Shown here one piece after another: positions 48,648-61,062 of a stretch of DNA of 64,000 bases. Numbering within the stretch: position 1 is the first letter of the stretch; each line of letters opens with the position of its first letter. The position numbers and the translations under genes are program-made. Where the stretch lies: the NCBI GenBank assembly GCA_965113315.1, contig OZ220373.1, one strand, 5' to 3'. The stretch comes from Podarcis vaucheri (lineage: Eukaryota). The notes beneath the pieces are model-generated. The model saw only the letters and a program-made list of their open reading frames with translations, searched no databases and was not told the DNA's origin.

Positions 48648-50400
48648 TATCTAGCACAAAAGTGCCTTGATCTATCTGTCTGTAACTTGGTAGGCTTTAT
48701 TGACTCTGGAGGGGGAAATGTGCCTGCAGATTTAATGCATGCATGTCAGACGAAAAAAATGGTTATAACCATTGCTGAATTTCCCAATAGCAAAGTGGCC
48801 AGCAGGTTGGGAGACAGCGTGGACTTGGACAGACCCTGAGATGAATCGGGCACCTAGAAAGTGCTTTGACGAAAGCTCCAAATCAGGGTCCAAATGAAAT
48901 CATGTGGTTGACATACACCAATATTGCGTACATGTATAAAATATCTGAATGAAAACTGCAGACTGTAGTGTTAAATTTTGAGGTGCTATGATGGGTTCTG
49001 GGTATTTCACAGCACTGTGAGGAAGCTAGCATCATGTTAATCCCTTGAAAATGTCCTGCATTGAGATCATGCATGCATGTGAAGCTATGTTTTACCAACT
49101 GGTTTCCAGGCACAGTTCAAAGGCTTGGTAGTACGCCTCCTCCCATGTCTGCTTACCTGTTCACTAAACTCAAGGAGGAAGGTCATAGTGGAAGCACTGT
49201 TGGGTGGGCCAAGGAAGGTGGCTTTCTCAGTGACTGCACCAGCATTGTAGAATGGTTTGCCCAGTGAGGTTCAAATGACCTCCTTCTGAGTGTTTTCTTG
49301 TAATTCATGAAGACTTTTTTTAATTTGCCAGAATGAAGTGATTTTTACTGAAGGCTGTGTTCTGTTTTGAGTTTTTATTATCTCTGAGTTGTGCTCCTCT
49401 GATTTTAATTATTGTGAGTTGACTTGGTTGGGAGGGGTTGGTGAAGCAGACTGGTAATGCAGAGCTGCCACAATGGCATCACTGCCATTTACCTGGATGG
49501 TGTCGGGGCACGGTGGTGGCAAGTCTGGGGTTATGTGGACAAATTGGTGTCAACACCAGTTGGCACTTTCCTAATGGATGAGATTTACAGAAGTTTAGCT
49601 GAGCCATTAATGCAGTTTGTTCAGTGTTTATCTATTTCACATATATTGTGTTATAAGAGGAAATATTTATTTTTAGAGTGGTGGCGAAATACCTGTAGGA
49701 AACTATCATATTGGATCTACTTTTTCTGTTATTTTCCACCCTGACTGCTAGCAGCTCTCCAGATTGCGGTTTTTGCCTGCTCTTCTAGCTAGGATTATTT
49801 TAAGTGGAATGTCTGGGGTGGACCACGGAAGCTTCTGCACATGACATATGCACTCTGCAAGTGTGCCATGGTTTGTCCCCATCTATATATTATGCATATA
49901 GTAAGGAAAACCTGAAGCACTATAGCTCCTATAAGCTGATGTTCTTTTTAATTTGTTCCCTGGCTCCAACAGTTTTATGTGCAGCAGTAAAATATTGTCT
50001 GATAAAGAGAATGTTACATGTTCTATACAGTGCACACTAAAATGGCTTTATTGCTATATAGAATTCAAAAGCAACATTTTGAAAATATAGTTCTCTTCCT
50101 CTCTGTATTCTGGATTAAGAGAAGTTGCCAAACAAATTTCAATATGCAAATAATTTGTTTTTTAAAAATATTCAGAATAGTTTCAAAAGATATGTGGTAC
50201 ATTGTTGCTGATGTTTTCATATAACAGTGTTAACATGCTGAATATTTATTTAGAAATCAAGCTAGAGTCATATTATAAAGAGTTTCAAATATTTTTGTGC
50301 CCACATATTCTTCCTGGTGAATAAACAAGAGCAGTGAAAGGGCTGCCTTAACTGGTTTTTGTAATGCATTTATACGTTATAGAGCGGTCTTCAGGCTATA

Positions 50401-50533
50401 TATCCCCAAACTCAGCCCTCCAGATGTTTTGAGACTACAACTCCCATCATCCCTAGCTAACAGGACCAGTGATCAGGGATAATGGGAGTTGTAGTCCCAG
50501 ATATCTAGAGGGCTGAGTTTGGGGGGGTGCCTG
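50401..50533. mobile_element. Palindromic hAT MITE (relative of the 9196 and 32738 copies)
   Basis: CCCCAAACTCAGCCCTCCAGATG...GAGGGCTGAGTTTGGGG. Confidence 0.8.
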
Positions 50534-50839
50534 CTATATGCCTTTCCAAATTTGGTTAAACAAAATCCCCTGCCAGTAGGTTATTAGTACTCCCTTGTGC
50601 CTTTGGTAAATCAGAAAATTCAGAAGCCTCAATAAAACTTGGTACAGCAATTCAGTTTTGTCTACTGTCTTCTCTTAACTACAAGCCACATAAGTAAAAC
50701 ACCCGCGTTTGACTTTGGCAGCAATTCCACTTTGGCAAAGCTAGCTGCTGCCTGTCCCCACCTTCCTTGTGAGGATCTCTCAAGTTTATTTGAATATTCA
50801 TAGGAGGTGGAGCAACTGAGCCTGCAGACTGAGTGTGTC

Positions 50840-51170
50840 TGCTTTTGCTGTTCGGATTGGTCGTGCCATCTTCACTGCCATGGGTTTATTCCAGGGGCTG
50901 CGTTAAAACTGAAACCATGGCTCGAACTGATACAAACTGAAATGAAAGCAAGCTTGCGATAAGGATCCTGTGTGTTCTGTTTACTTAGAGTTTGGGAAGG
51001 AACATACCAGCTGCCTGGAGTGAGTACTGTTTTTCCGGGATGGTTTTTTTGCTACTGTCAGTACTGCGGTCTAACTGTGTTACGTACTTCCTGCTTTCTT
51101 TTGCTTCTCCAACCCTGCAGTGCTCTTTACTGCAGAACATGAACTGCTGAATTAGTTAGTGTTGTGCTTA
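50840..51170 (+). promoter_or_regulatory. Candidate internal promoter and non-coding exon(s), equivalent to mammalian exon 1u
   Basis: Lies between exon 1z and exon 2; local CpG retention; inverted CCAAT (ATTGG 50856-50860); donors GA|GTGAGT (51020) and TA|GTAAGT (51171). Confidence 0.45.
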
Positions 51171-52184
51171 GTAAGTGGGCTGGAGCATTTTATTTCTGGA
51201 GTTGCAGAGTTTTACAGCTCTTACTCTTGCTTTCTAGCCCTGAGAAGAATAGGCTTTTCTGCTAGGGGCTGCTGACTATCTGGTGTGTTTTTATCAGAAA
51301 GGTTGTTGTGAAAGAAGTGACTTGTAAGATCTTAGCAAAATCTCGAGAGTAAGATCTTCATGGCTATAGATCTAATCTTTTTTATTAAAAAAAAAACCTG
51401 AACTGACTGTCATAAGCTCACAATGGTGTCTTACAAATTTGGTGTGTCATTGCTGACTGTCTATTCAGTGTATATTTGGAACCTGTGTAATTCAGGGTGT
51501 GGTGATCTGTACAGGATATCTCTCTCTCTGTTCAGGCATGTCCAGGTAACTATTGTCTCTTCCAAACCCAAAGGTGGTGTTTACTTAATATTATATGTAT
51601 ATTATTCCATAACAATGAAGCTGAATGACTAAAGCTGTTGCTAAGCTAACAATAGTAGGAATATGTTTCCGCCCGACCCCCAAAATTATAAACAATTTTC
51701 CCCCTTTAATGTTTTAGAAAACAATTATTTTCAGTTATGGGGTTTGGAGTTAATTGGCTAAGTTAAACTTCAGTCCTAAGCATTCTTACCTGGGAATAGG
51801 TCCCGCTCAACTCAGTAGAATGTTGAAGCTGAAACTTTCTATATGATGTCTGCTCCAGGAAGTGATTTCTTCCATGACGTTGAAGGTCGAAATTGGGAGG
51901 CTTGTAATGGCAGGCTTGAGTATGCCCATTTATGTATTATGAACCAACCCCGTCCAAGCTGGGATCTAGCTTATCATGTACTCTACTAATCATTACTACC
52001 ACTGCTCTTTCACTCAAATCACACCTGGCAATGTGTGTGGCAACAAGGATGGCAAGGCATCCATTGAAATGGCATCATTTTCTGTGGTCTCTTCACAGTT
52101 TCACCACCATCTTTAGCAGTGGAAAAGCTCTCTTGTTTAAGGAAAGGCAGCAGGGAAGAAAACACACTGCTGCCATCTCTTATA

Positions 52185-52865
52185 ATCATAGAACTGTAGA
52201 GATGGAAGGGATCCCAAGTGTCATCTAGCCCGGCCTTCTGTAATGCAGTATACCAGAAGGAATCTCCCCCCCCCCCCATGTTCAGCCCAGATGCTGAGGT
52301 CCAGCTTCTGAGGATTTCCTCACTGCGAGAAGTGAGGTTACAAGGAACCAGGCAGAGGGCCTTCTCGGTAGTGGCCTCCCATCAGATACCAAGGAAATAA
52401 ACAACTATCTGACTTTTAAAAGACATCTGAAGGCAGCCCTGTTTAGGGAAGTTGTAAATGTTTGATGCTATATCGTGTTTTTAATGTTCTGTTGGGAGCC
52501 GCCCAGATTGGTTGGGAAGGCCCAGCCAGATGGGTGGGTATAAGTAATAAATTATCATTATTACTTTGTTGTTGTTGATGATGATGATGATGCAGGAGTC
52601 TGAACTAAATCCATGACCGATGACCACCCAACTTCTGTTTAAAAACCTCCCATGAAGGAAAGCCCACAACCTCCTGAGGGAGTCCGTTCTACTGTCGAAC
52701 ACCTCCCACCGTCAGAAAGTACTTCCTGATGTTTAGTCAGAATCTCCCTTCTTGTAACTTGAATCCATCGGTTCAGGTCTTACCTTCTGGAGTAAGAGAA
52801 AACAAGCTTGCTCCATCTTCCATGTGACAGCCCTTTGGATATTTGAATATGGCTATCATATCTCT
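52185..52865 (-). mobile_element. CR1 3' fragment interrupted by a + strand L2 3' fragment (about 52279-52590)
   Basis: CR1 tail AATCATAGAA; L2 segment SLREVRLQGTRQRAFSVVA; CR1 resumes at TGCAGGAGTCT. Confidence 0.8.
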
Positions 52866-55720
52866 CTTATAAATGTTACGCCCCTGCCCTCCTTCAAAAA
52901 TGACTTGTTTTAGTTTCCCCCTCATCTTCCTACACCAAGTTATGGGAAATGCCCATTTTCCTGTGAGCCAAATAGCTTCATGAAACTTGGAGGTTTTGGA
53001 TATGTGCTTTTTGGATAACTAGCTCCAGAGCATGGGTAGAGGGCAAACCCAAAGTTCTTCAGTGACAATTTGGCTATTTCGTCCAGTTATCTTTGTGGTG
53101 ATGACCTTGACACCACATGGTAGCTGTCATTTGCCTGAATCTTTGAGTGCATGTTGATTATGCACTTTGGGTGTTTAGCAAATAGGATTTGTTAGGGAGT
53201 TGATGGCCTGAACTGGGAACCACATTACTTTTATGCTGGGCCATAGTCCATGGTCTGTGTACCACGCTCTTGGGCCCCTCTTCAGACATAGTAGACATAT
53301 TTAATCTGGGGCATTGCCCCAAAGACTGACAGGCAGTAATCCTCTGAATTGGTCAGGTTTGGTTTAAATAGTAGGAGCCTGATCTTCTCCTGCCTCTTGA
53401 TCAACACAGTAATACCTTTTGCTTGCTACTCTTTAGGCTCCTACTTCCAGCTCAAGACTCTGATCTCTAGGCAGTGTTCAAAATTAGCCAGGTGCCAGGC
53501 ACATTTTGCACCTTCTTTTCAACTGCTTCTAACCAAGTGAAGATGCCTGGGTGCCAGGGTGGCACCTAACATCTTCACCATCTGGTGATCATTGGATCTG
53601 GACTGTTTTCACACACCAGTACCCCATCCTGTAGAATTCTATATTTTATCTGCACAATTAGAATGGATTTCTGGAACCAAAATGGTTTTTCTGTGCAGCC
53701 TGAGCAGGAGCAGTCACCATTAAGAAAAAGAGGTCAGAATAGGCCATGATATATGTGGACTGTCCCTGGATCAAGTGACTTTTCTTCTTTAACTTCTCAA
53801 AGCTCTTAAGCTAGCTCAAGGTTGCCATCTGAACTCACCCAATGTTTAACTGAGAATCAATCACGGTCAGTCCCCCATTTGAAAAATAAGACTTTAGAGC
53901 CATCTTGCCAAAAAATGCAACTAGACATTCCATTTTGGCGCCTTCAACCTTGGTGTAAGGAACCATTTGGCGCCTAGCTTATATATCTAAGTATATAATA
54001 CTGTCTCCAGGAAGCTAAGGTAGAGAGAAACCCCCAAGGTCTAGATTCAGGTCTGACTTATGCCTGCCCTACCTATATTTTGAAGATTCGCTGTGAAGCA
54101 TTTTTTATTCTTTACTACAGCTATTTTAATATTCTATAGTGGTGCTCTGATTTTATCATGAAAATATCCACACTGTGGTTTTGTTCCTGCTGTGTTTTTG
54201 AAATCTGAAATTTCTCTCTCTCCCTTTTTTCAGTAGAGCCAGATTTATTCAGTGCACCAGGCAGTTCACAAATCTTGTATTATAAACTGGGTGTGCCTCT
54301 GGTCAAACACGCTACAATCTCTCCCAAGTTCTGTTTAGCTATGAATCATACAGTTATTACCGGTTACCAGGCAACTCTTTTCATATTTGTTTCCAAGCCC
54401 AACATATATATTCACATGGTTCATCAGTGGCAAAACTTTGCTTGTTTATGAACTCAGTGGTAAAAAGCTTTTTATTTTTTAATGGCTGCTTGATAAATAT
54501 TTGAAAGGAAAATAGCAGAGGAAACAAATAACATTCTGTAGAGTTGCGATGAAGAAAGACATCACTGCCCCATTAGATGTGCACAATGTGAATGTTATTA
54601 TTGTCTCCTTGCAGTCTTTGTGACAGATTAAATTTCCCTTGGCCCACACTCTTGCCATTTCTTCCTAAGGGTTTTATTACACGTGGTGCTGAAAATCTAA
54701 ATTGTGATCATTCTCAGTTTAAATAAAAAGCTCCCTCTAGTTTCATGTTCAGTTTCAAACCTGCTCTGTTTATAGTCCAGTTGAAGAACTGATACATAAT
54801 CAATATAGCTGCTGATCCCATCTAACCATCCTCCTGTGAGTCTTTACAGGTGAGTGCAAGCGTAAGAGAGATTGTTATGTAGACCACCACACACATAGAG
54901 GGGAAGGTTTATCCTTTCTCCCCCAGTCATGACTGGTATTAAAATTGTCCTCCTCCATGCTTAAGAAACCTTGGCTTAATATATTGTTCTCCCTGAGTAT
55001 CTCATCTCCAGTCTAAAGAGTTTGCCATGAGCTGCTGTTCTCTTTCCATGATTACTGCTTTGATCTCAACTCCTCACTGGCTCTTTTTAAATTTTTACTT
55101 CACACTTGCCTATGGTCCCTCTGATGTTTATTTGCTGCTCTGGAACCACAGGGCTGTTTGTCACCCACTTGGGGACTGACAATTTGCCTTCCCCAAGTCC
55201 TGGAATCCAATTGCCTCAAATCTGGCAGTTTGAGTAGGGTAGGTATGGGACTTGCTTATAAGGCAAGAGTGGTGGCAGCCTCTTCCAGATGCATGTTTAC
55301 TCCATGACAATAATGAATGTGACTCATTTTAGGGAGGCTTGGAACAGATACTTGTGCTGTATCGTGGAGGAGGAAGACTTGATTATGTGAAGGTGGCTTA
55401 CTGTAGAATGAAAGTATGACTTCATTGCCTAGCATTTACTTGCTGGAAAAATATAGGTGGATAATATAGTCAAATTACATAGTGAAAGCCTTTTGGCATG
55501 CCATTCAGAAGCTATTGAAGTTGAGTCTGTCACTGAAGACATGTACTTAACAATAGAATATCTGCTTGCCGCATTTTATGCAACGAGGGTGCAAAAGAAA
55601 ATGGTTTTTCAAATTTGGTAAAACAGAAAATTTAAATAAGGGACCTGTTCCATGTGTCTCCTATGTAAATGTAAAACTCTTAGTTTGGACTTGCCAGAGC
55701 CTACAACCACTTATTTCAAA

Positions 55721-55838
55721 CGATAGCTCAGTTGGTAGAGCATGAACCCCATGTTAGGTAAAAGATTCTGGCACTGCCGGGGTTTGGACTAGATGATGTT
55801 CGTGCTTCCTTCCAACTCTACAGTTCTGTAATTCTGAG
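55721..55838 (+). mobile_element. tRNA-Lys/CR1 SINE, internally deleted
   Basis: TAGCTCAGTTGGTAGAGCATG head and GGACTAGATGAT...TTCCAACTCTACAGTTCT tail. Confidence 0.75.
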
Positions 55839-56665
55839 TTTTAATGTTTTCTTCAGGCCAGCTCTGGAAAGCTTGGATTAAGATGGGATTGTTAGCCTGG
55901 TTGTTTTCAATAAATAATTTTGGCAGTATAATGACTCTTAAAGAGATAATTATAAGCACAAATACATCTTTGGTTTCAGTACATCATTAAGCTTCATATT
56001 GAAGAAAGGTGGGAGGAAAGGTTAATATCTTAACATTAATTGGTTTTGTAAGCAGCCTGTAATAATTGCTGTTCTGTGCCCTTTCATTTCTCCTGTGTCC
56101 TTGCATTTTTCTTAACTCTAGCAATGTTGGTTTGCCCCTATTAAGAGATTATCAAAACGTAATCCACCTTTGAACAACTCACTTAGTATTATCAATTTCA
56201 TTTCATTCTATTGGTTATCTGTAACCCACTTTTCATTCCAGAAGGAAACCAAACATGGCTAATAAAAAACATCTGTGTCTGATATAAGCACTCCAGGTTA
56301 TTCTGACTATTCAAGCTTCTACTTGTTTATAGCACATCCCCCCCCAAAAAAAAAACACCTTTGCACTTTAGCTCAGTCCTACCACTAATGAATGAGTATG
56401 TTACATCTTGTTTAATCTTGTAATAAGTCTATGGAATTTTGGTTATTTGTGTATTTAAACACAACTCCCCATTCATTATATGCTCTGTGCAATTTGTGGG
56501 GAAAAGGATCAGTGTTCACATCTATCAATGAACATCCAAGATCAATGAGAGCTTTGGGATATAGATTTGCAACTTGCTGTATTGGGATGGAATTCTAAAA
56601 TGTATAAAAATAGTTAACTCCTATTGGTGGGCAATTAATTCACATCCTTTTTTTGCACATTGTAG

Positions 56666-56725
56666 GCTCAGTCTTCTTCCACGGTTTCCTCAAAGGCACC
56701 CACTATGAAGCCTTCTGAAACAAAG
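56666..56725 (+). CDS. CAST: CAST exon 2: AQSSSTVSSKAPTMKPSETK; internal ATG at 56705 is the type III (L-domain) start
   Basis: TTGTAG acceptor, 60 nt, donor AAG|GTATGT. MKPSETK resembles mammalian MNPTETK; A at -3 of the ATG. Confidence 0.9.
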
Positions 56726-57862
56726 GTATGTCTTCTGAAAAAGGATAAGCAAGTGTCCATTTATACCAGTCTGATTCTGTGCTGCTTTTACAGCAGCTGT
56801 TATTATAAGAAATTGCTATGTGATCTTTTTCCATCTCTGAGCACACAAGTGAGTGCAAGTTGCTGATTGACCCAAGAAGTAGGGTTTAACACAAGAGTTT
56901 AACACTGGTGTACTATCAGTGTTAACCCTTATCAAAATGGTTTATATGAGCAAGTAATAAATGTTAACAGTGCTTAAGAACTGTTGTGGAGAGCAATTCT
57001 GTTGTGATCACATATCATTGGCTGTATGGAAATTGCACCACTTATTCAACCAATTCCTACTGATATGGTTTCAGTGCTTGGATTTGAATGGAATGTCCAC
57101 AGCCAGTTTCTCTAAAACAACAACAGCATATAGGTGATGCTAATCTTTGTTTTATGTGTCAGGTGAAATTATATGTCTCAATTTGCTCATATGTGCATAA
57201 CTGATAAGCAATCTTTATTCCTTTGCAACTAATAGTGTTTAGTCATATATGCAACTCCCTAGACAACATTCCTTCTTTCGAGAGAGGATAGTAGTGAGTT
57301 GAAATTGTCATTGCTTAAGGGGGGGGGGGGCTTTCCCAGGTAGGTCAGTAATTGACCATGTAAAATTGCATGTTCTATTTTACCTCCTCATCCCCATAAC
57401 CTTGATTCCTAAATTTCTCATTTTCTGACTTCATCAAATCCTTCAGTAGGCTAACCACATAAAAACAAGTCTATCTCATTCTGCCTGTTATGTAATCAGT
57501 CCCATTGTTGCAGAATTCAGCCAGGCTCAAATACTGCCTCTACTAGCACACAGAACAATTCACAATAAAATAAAAACTTATAAAGGTTTTTAAAACATCC
57601 AATTGCCTCAATCAATTTTTAAAGAACAGTAATGAACTCCACATAACTGAGAGACATCAACTGATACATAGTGTGGACTGGGGTTGGGAACCTGAGACCC
57701 AGGGCCTCCAGCTCTCTCTGTCTGGAGCTTAAGACTTTCTCCAGGCTACACCTGCCATGGGAGCTTTTGCCTGACTGGAATATGTCCTGAGCTGTGATAG
57801 CACCCTTTGCTTGCCTGGATGGGAGAGATGTATGTAGAAAACTTGTGTGTGGTAGGAATATA

Positions 57863-58378
57863 CCGTATATTTTTCGCTCTATAAGACACACCCGACTATA
57901 AGAAGCACCTAGTTTTTAGAGGAGGAAAACAAGAAAAGCCAGCATGAGCCACAGACACGCTCGCTCGGCGTGAGTCTTTAAAGGTAGAGCGGCTCTTGCT
58001 GGCTTTTCTGGGAGATAGGAGAAGGGACTGACTGGCTGTCCTCCATCCCTTCTCCCACCTCCCTGAAAAGCCAGACCAAGCTGCGCAGCTATCTCTGAAG
58101 CCTGCATAGCAAGAGGGAGACCTGCGCAACGCCTCTTGTTGTGCTGCCTTCCCAGTGAAGCAGGATGAGGGATGGAAGGGAGCCATAGGGAGCCCCTTTC
58201 ATCCCTCATCCTGCTTCACTGAGAAGCCAGCAGACCAAGAGGTGCTGCGCAGCTCTCCCTCATGCTGTGCTGGCTTCAGCGATAGCTGCGCAGCCTGCAT
58301 TCACTCCATAAGACGCACGCACACTTCCCCTTACTTTTTAGGAGGAAAAAAGTGTGCCTTATGGAGCGCAAAATACGG
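57863..58378. mobile_element. Tc1/mariner (Tc2/pogo-like) non-autonomous element with an internal palindrome
   Basis: Ends CCGTATATTTTTCGCTCTATAAG / CTTATGGAGCGCAAAATACGG; TA TSD. Appears nested in an older hAT-like element (about 57678-58522). Confidence 0.8.
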
Positions 58379-58810
58379 TAGTTTACTGCACCAAGGTAAG
58401 AATCACATTACTTGATCTATCTGGTTTTGCCTTTGGTTGCATCCTCCACCAGCATGCAGCTCCTAAAAGCTTCTGTACAAGGGGATGCAGCCCTCCAGCT
58501 GAAAAAGATCCCCTACTCCTGGTCTAGAGTATTTAGCTTCTATTAACTTGCTTACTTGGCAGTTATAAATCACGTTTCTGTTAAGGCAGGTTTGTCACAA
58601 CTTGTCAGTGTAAGCCAAACTCTGAGAGATCTGTTCTTGCGCTCTGGTGTTCACCTTCATGGGACTGGCACTCAAGTGCTCATATAAATAGGCAAAGTGG
58701 GCATCCTATTTATAGATTCAAATGACTACTAGAAGCACTTGGCATGTTCCTTACCTTGTCAGAGAGGGCGCCAAAAACCCAGCTCTAGAAATGCAGAGCC
58801 TGTTTTTGCA

Positions 58811-58855
58811 CACAATTTAGATCAGACCATAATCACAATTTAGATCAGGCCATAA
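58811..58855. repeat. 23-bp tandem duplication
   Basis: CACAATTTAGATCAGACCATAAT followed by CACAATTTAGATCAGGCCATAA. Confidence 0.85.
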
Positions 58856-58959
58856 AACTACTTTGAAAACTGAAGGGAAACTTATTGATATGGCAATAGT
58901 GGTCTCCTTTTCAAAAGGAAAAAAAGTCATTGATCCCACTGGAAATCTTCTAGCCCCTT

Positions 58960-59325
58960 AAAGGTAAAGGTAAAGGTACCCCTGCCCGAACGGGCCAGTC
59001 TTGACAGACTGTGGGGTTTGTGCGCCCATCTCACATCTATTGGCCGGGGGCCAGCGCTGTCCGGGGACACTTCCGGGTCACGTGGCCAGTGTGACAAAGC
59101 TGCATCTGGCGAGCCAGAGCCGCACACGGAACGCCGTTTACCTTCCCGCTGGTAAGCGGTACCTATTTATCTACTTGCCCCCGGGGGTGCTTTCGAACTG
59201 CTAGGTTGGCAGGCGCTGGGACCGAGCAGCGGGAGCGCACCCCGCCGCGGGGATTCGAACCGCCGACCTTTCGATCGGCAAGCCCTAGGCGTTGAGGCTT
59301 TAGCCCACAGCGCCACCCGCGTCCC
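58960..59325 (-). mobile_element. Sauria SINE, young, full length
   Basis: Reverse complement is almost identical to 48289-48647. Confidence 0.95.
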
Positions 59326-60473
59326 TTAGGTGTACTTAAAAGAGATCTCTTAATCTAAGCCACTATATATATATAATTTTCAGGTATATTTTCCATTTTT
59401 ATCCTCATGGTTCAGGTACAGAAGCACATAAAATTGTGAGCAGATTTTGTGTTAAAATGGGACCCTTTCTGTCCTCAGACTGCAAGTACCACTGGCCTAT
59501 TCCCAGTCCTATTCTTCTTCTGTCTTTCCCATGCAACCCATTTCTTTTGTCCATGAGCTGGATTCTTTCTGAATTTTAAACTTGAGTTCCATCCACAATT
59601 ATATTGACAATCTCTTAGCATTACTTACACAACACAACAACGGCTGGAAAAATAATAGACTCGGTTTCCAGGACAGCTACTTTGGATAAAGCAAGGGGAT
59701 CTCTCCCATCCTCTTCAAATGGGTGCTACCCTTTGCAGCAATGCCCACATGGCCTCCGGCGGTGAAAAAAGGGTACCCCAACTCCACCCCACCCCCTCTG
59801 CTCCTGTAGCTTTAAGGTGGGATTTGTGCTGGTTGGCTAAGAAGTGAAGGCCATCAATGCAACTGAGTTCAGAAAGAGGCAGCTTAATAGAAAAGAGAAT
59901 GAGGATGGGAATCAACAAGAAGAAGCTGCATATGCAGCTGAAGGATCATCTATTGAATATATTTTCACAGCTCAGCTCTTGCAATGCATAATATTACATA
60001 AAACAATCAGTCAGTATATGCACTGTTCTCTAACAGTATTATCCTGTTTACCCAGAAGTCCTGTTTAGTTTCCTGGAACATAGTCTCTTTCTAGTAAGTG
60101 TGCAGAGCATTACAACCTAATAACTCAAGCCAGTGATGCAGCATAAATTCTGCAGGAAAGGCTATGCTCAATTCAGTTCTATTGTTTTCTTCTCTTGCTT
60201 TGATGTGTTTTATGGCTGTAAACCTTCTGTGCAGAATAGGAAGCTGGAAAAGACATTGTTCTAATTGGTACCTAAATTCAGTGTTACTTTTAACGCAAGC
60301 GCAACACTTACTTGACCTTCACAACTGTTGGCAGTTGTTAATTTTTTGGATGCTGGTTACCTGTATATTCTGGGGGGAAAGAGAGTTGGGGAGAGGTGAA
60401 CAGAGGCATAGCCCTGCCACGTGTTTCCATACCTTTCCAAGACAAGTCTCTCTAGGTCAGTGTGACTTTTAAA

Positions 60474-60660
60474 GAATATGGCTAAAGCTGCGTAGGAAGC
60501 TGACTCAGACAATTAGTCCATCTAGCTCAGTATTGTCAACACAGATCGGCAGTAGGTTTCCAGGATTTTAGGCAGGAGTCTCTTCCAACCCTCTCTGCAG
60601 ATGCCAGTAACTGAATCTGGGAATTTTTGTATGGCAAGGCTGTGTCCTACCAATAAGGCT
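60474..60660 (-). mobile_element. Degraded tRNA-derived SINE (family of 46901-47088)
   Basis: GTCCATCTAGCTCAGTATTGTC segment shared with 2883-3020. Confidence 0.55.
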
Positions 60661-60996
60661 TTCACCAAAGGAGAAAGTTTTCACCATTACAAGGAATACA
60701 TGGGTACATATGGTGTTCAGACATGCACCTGCTAATTCCTGTAACGTGCACCTGTGCTGGAAACGAGGGTGGATCACATGTTGGCATGGAAGCTCTTTTT
60801 ACTGAAAATGTCGTGTTTAAAAATTCAACCTTTCGTAAAATAAAACGCTTCCTCACAAAGCCTTTAAAAAGGGAAAGGCAATTTTCTTTTCAGTGCTTTA
60901 TGCTCTAAAATGGCCTCCCCTGTTTTTGAAACACATTTCCTTGGCATGCCTTACACAATTTCTGTAAGCACCCTGAGTTTGTGCTCTCAATATTAG

Positions 60997-61062
60997 GCTT
61001 CTTCAAGCCAGCAAAAGGCCAGTGGAGTGGAATCTCACAAAAGAAAACGAAACAAGAAGCAG
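60997..61062 (+). CDS. CAST: CAST exon 3 (cassette): ASSSQQKASGVESHKRKRNKKQ
   Basis: TATTAG acceptor, 66 nt, weak donor CAG|GTGAAA. 22 codons with SQQ and a basic end KKQ like recalled human AIPVSQQ...KKKHKKQ. Confidence 0.8.
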
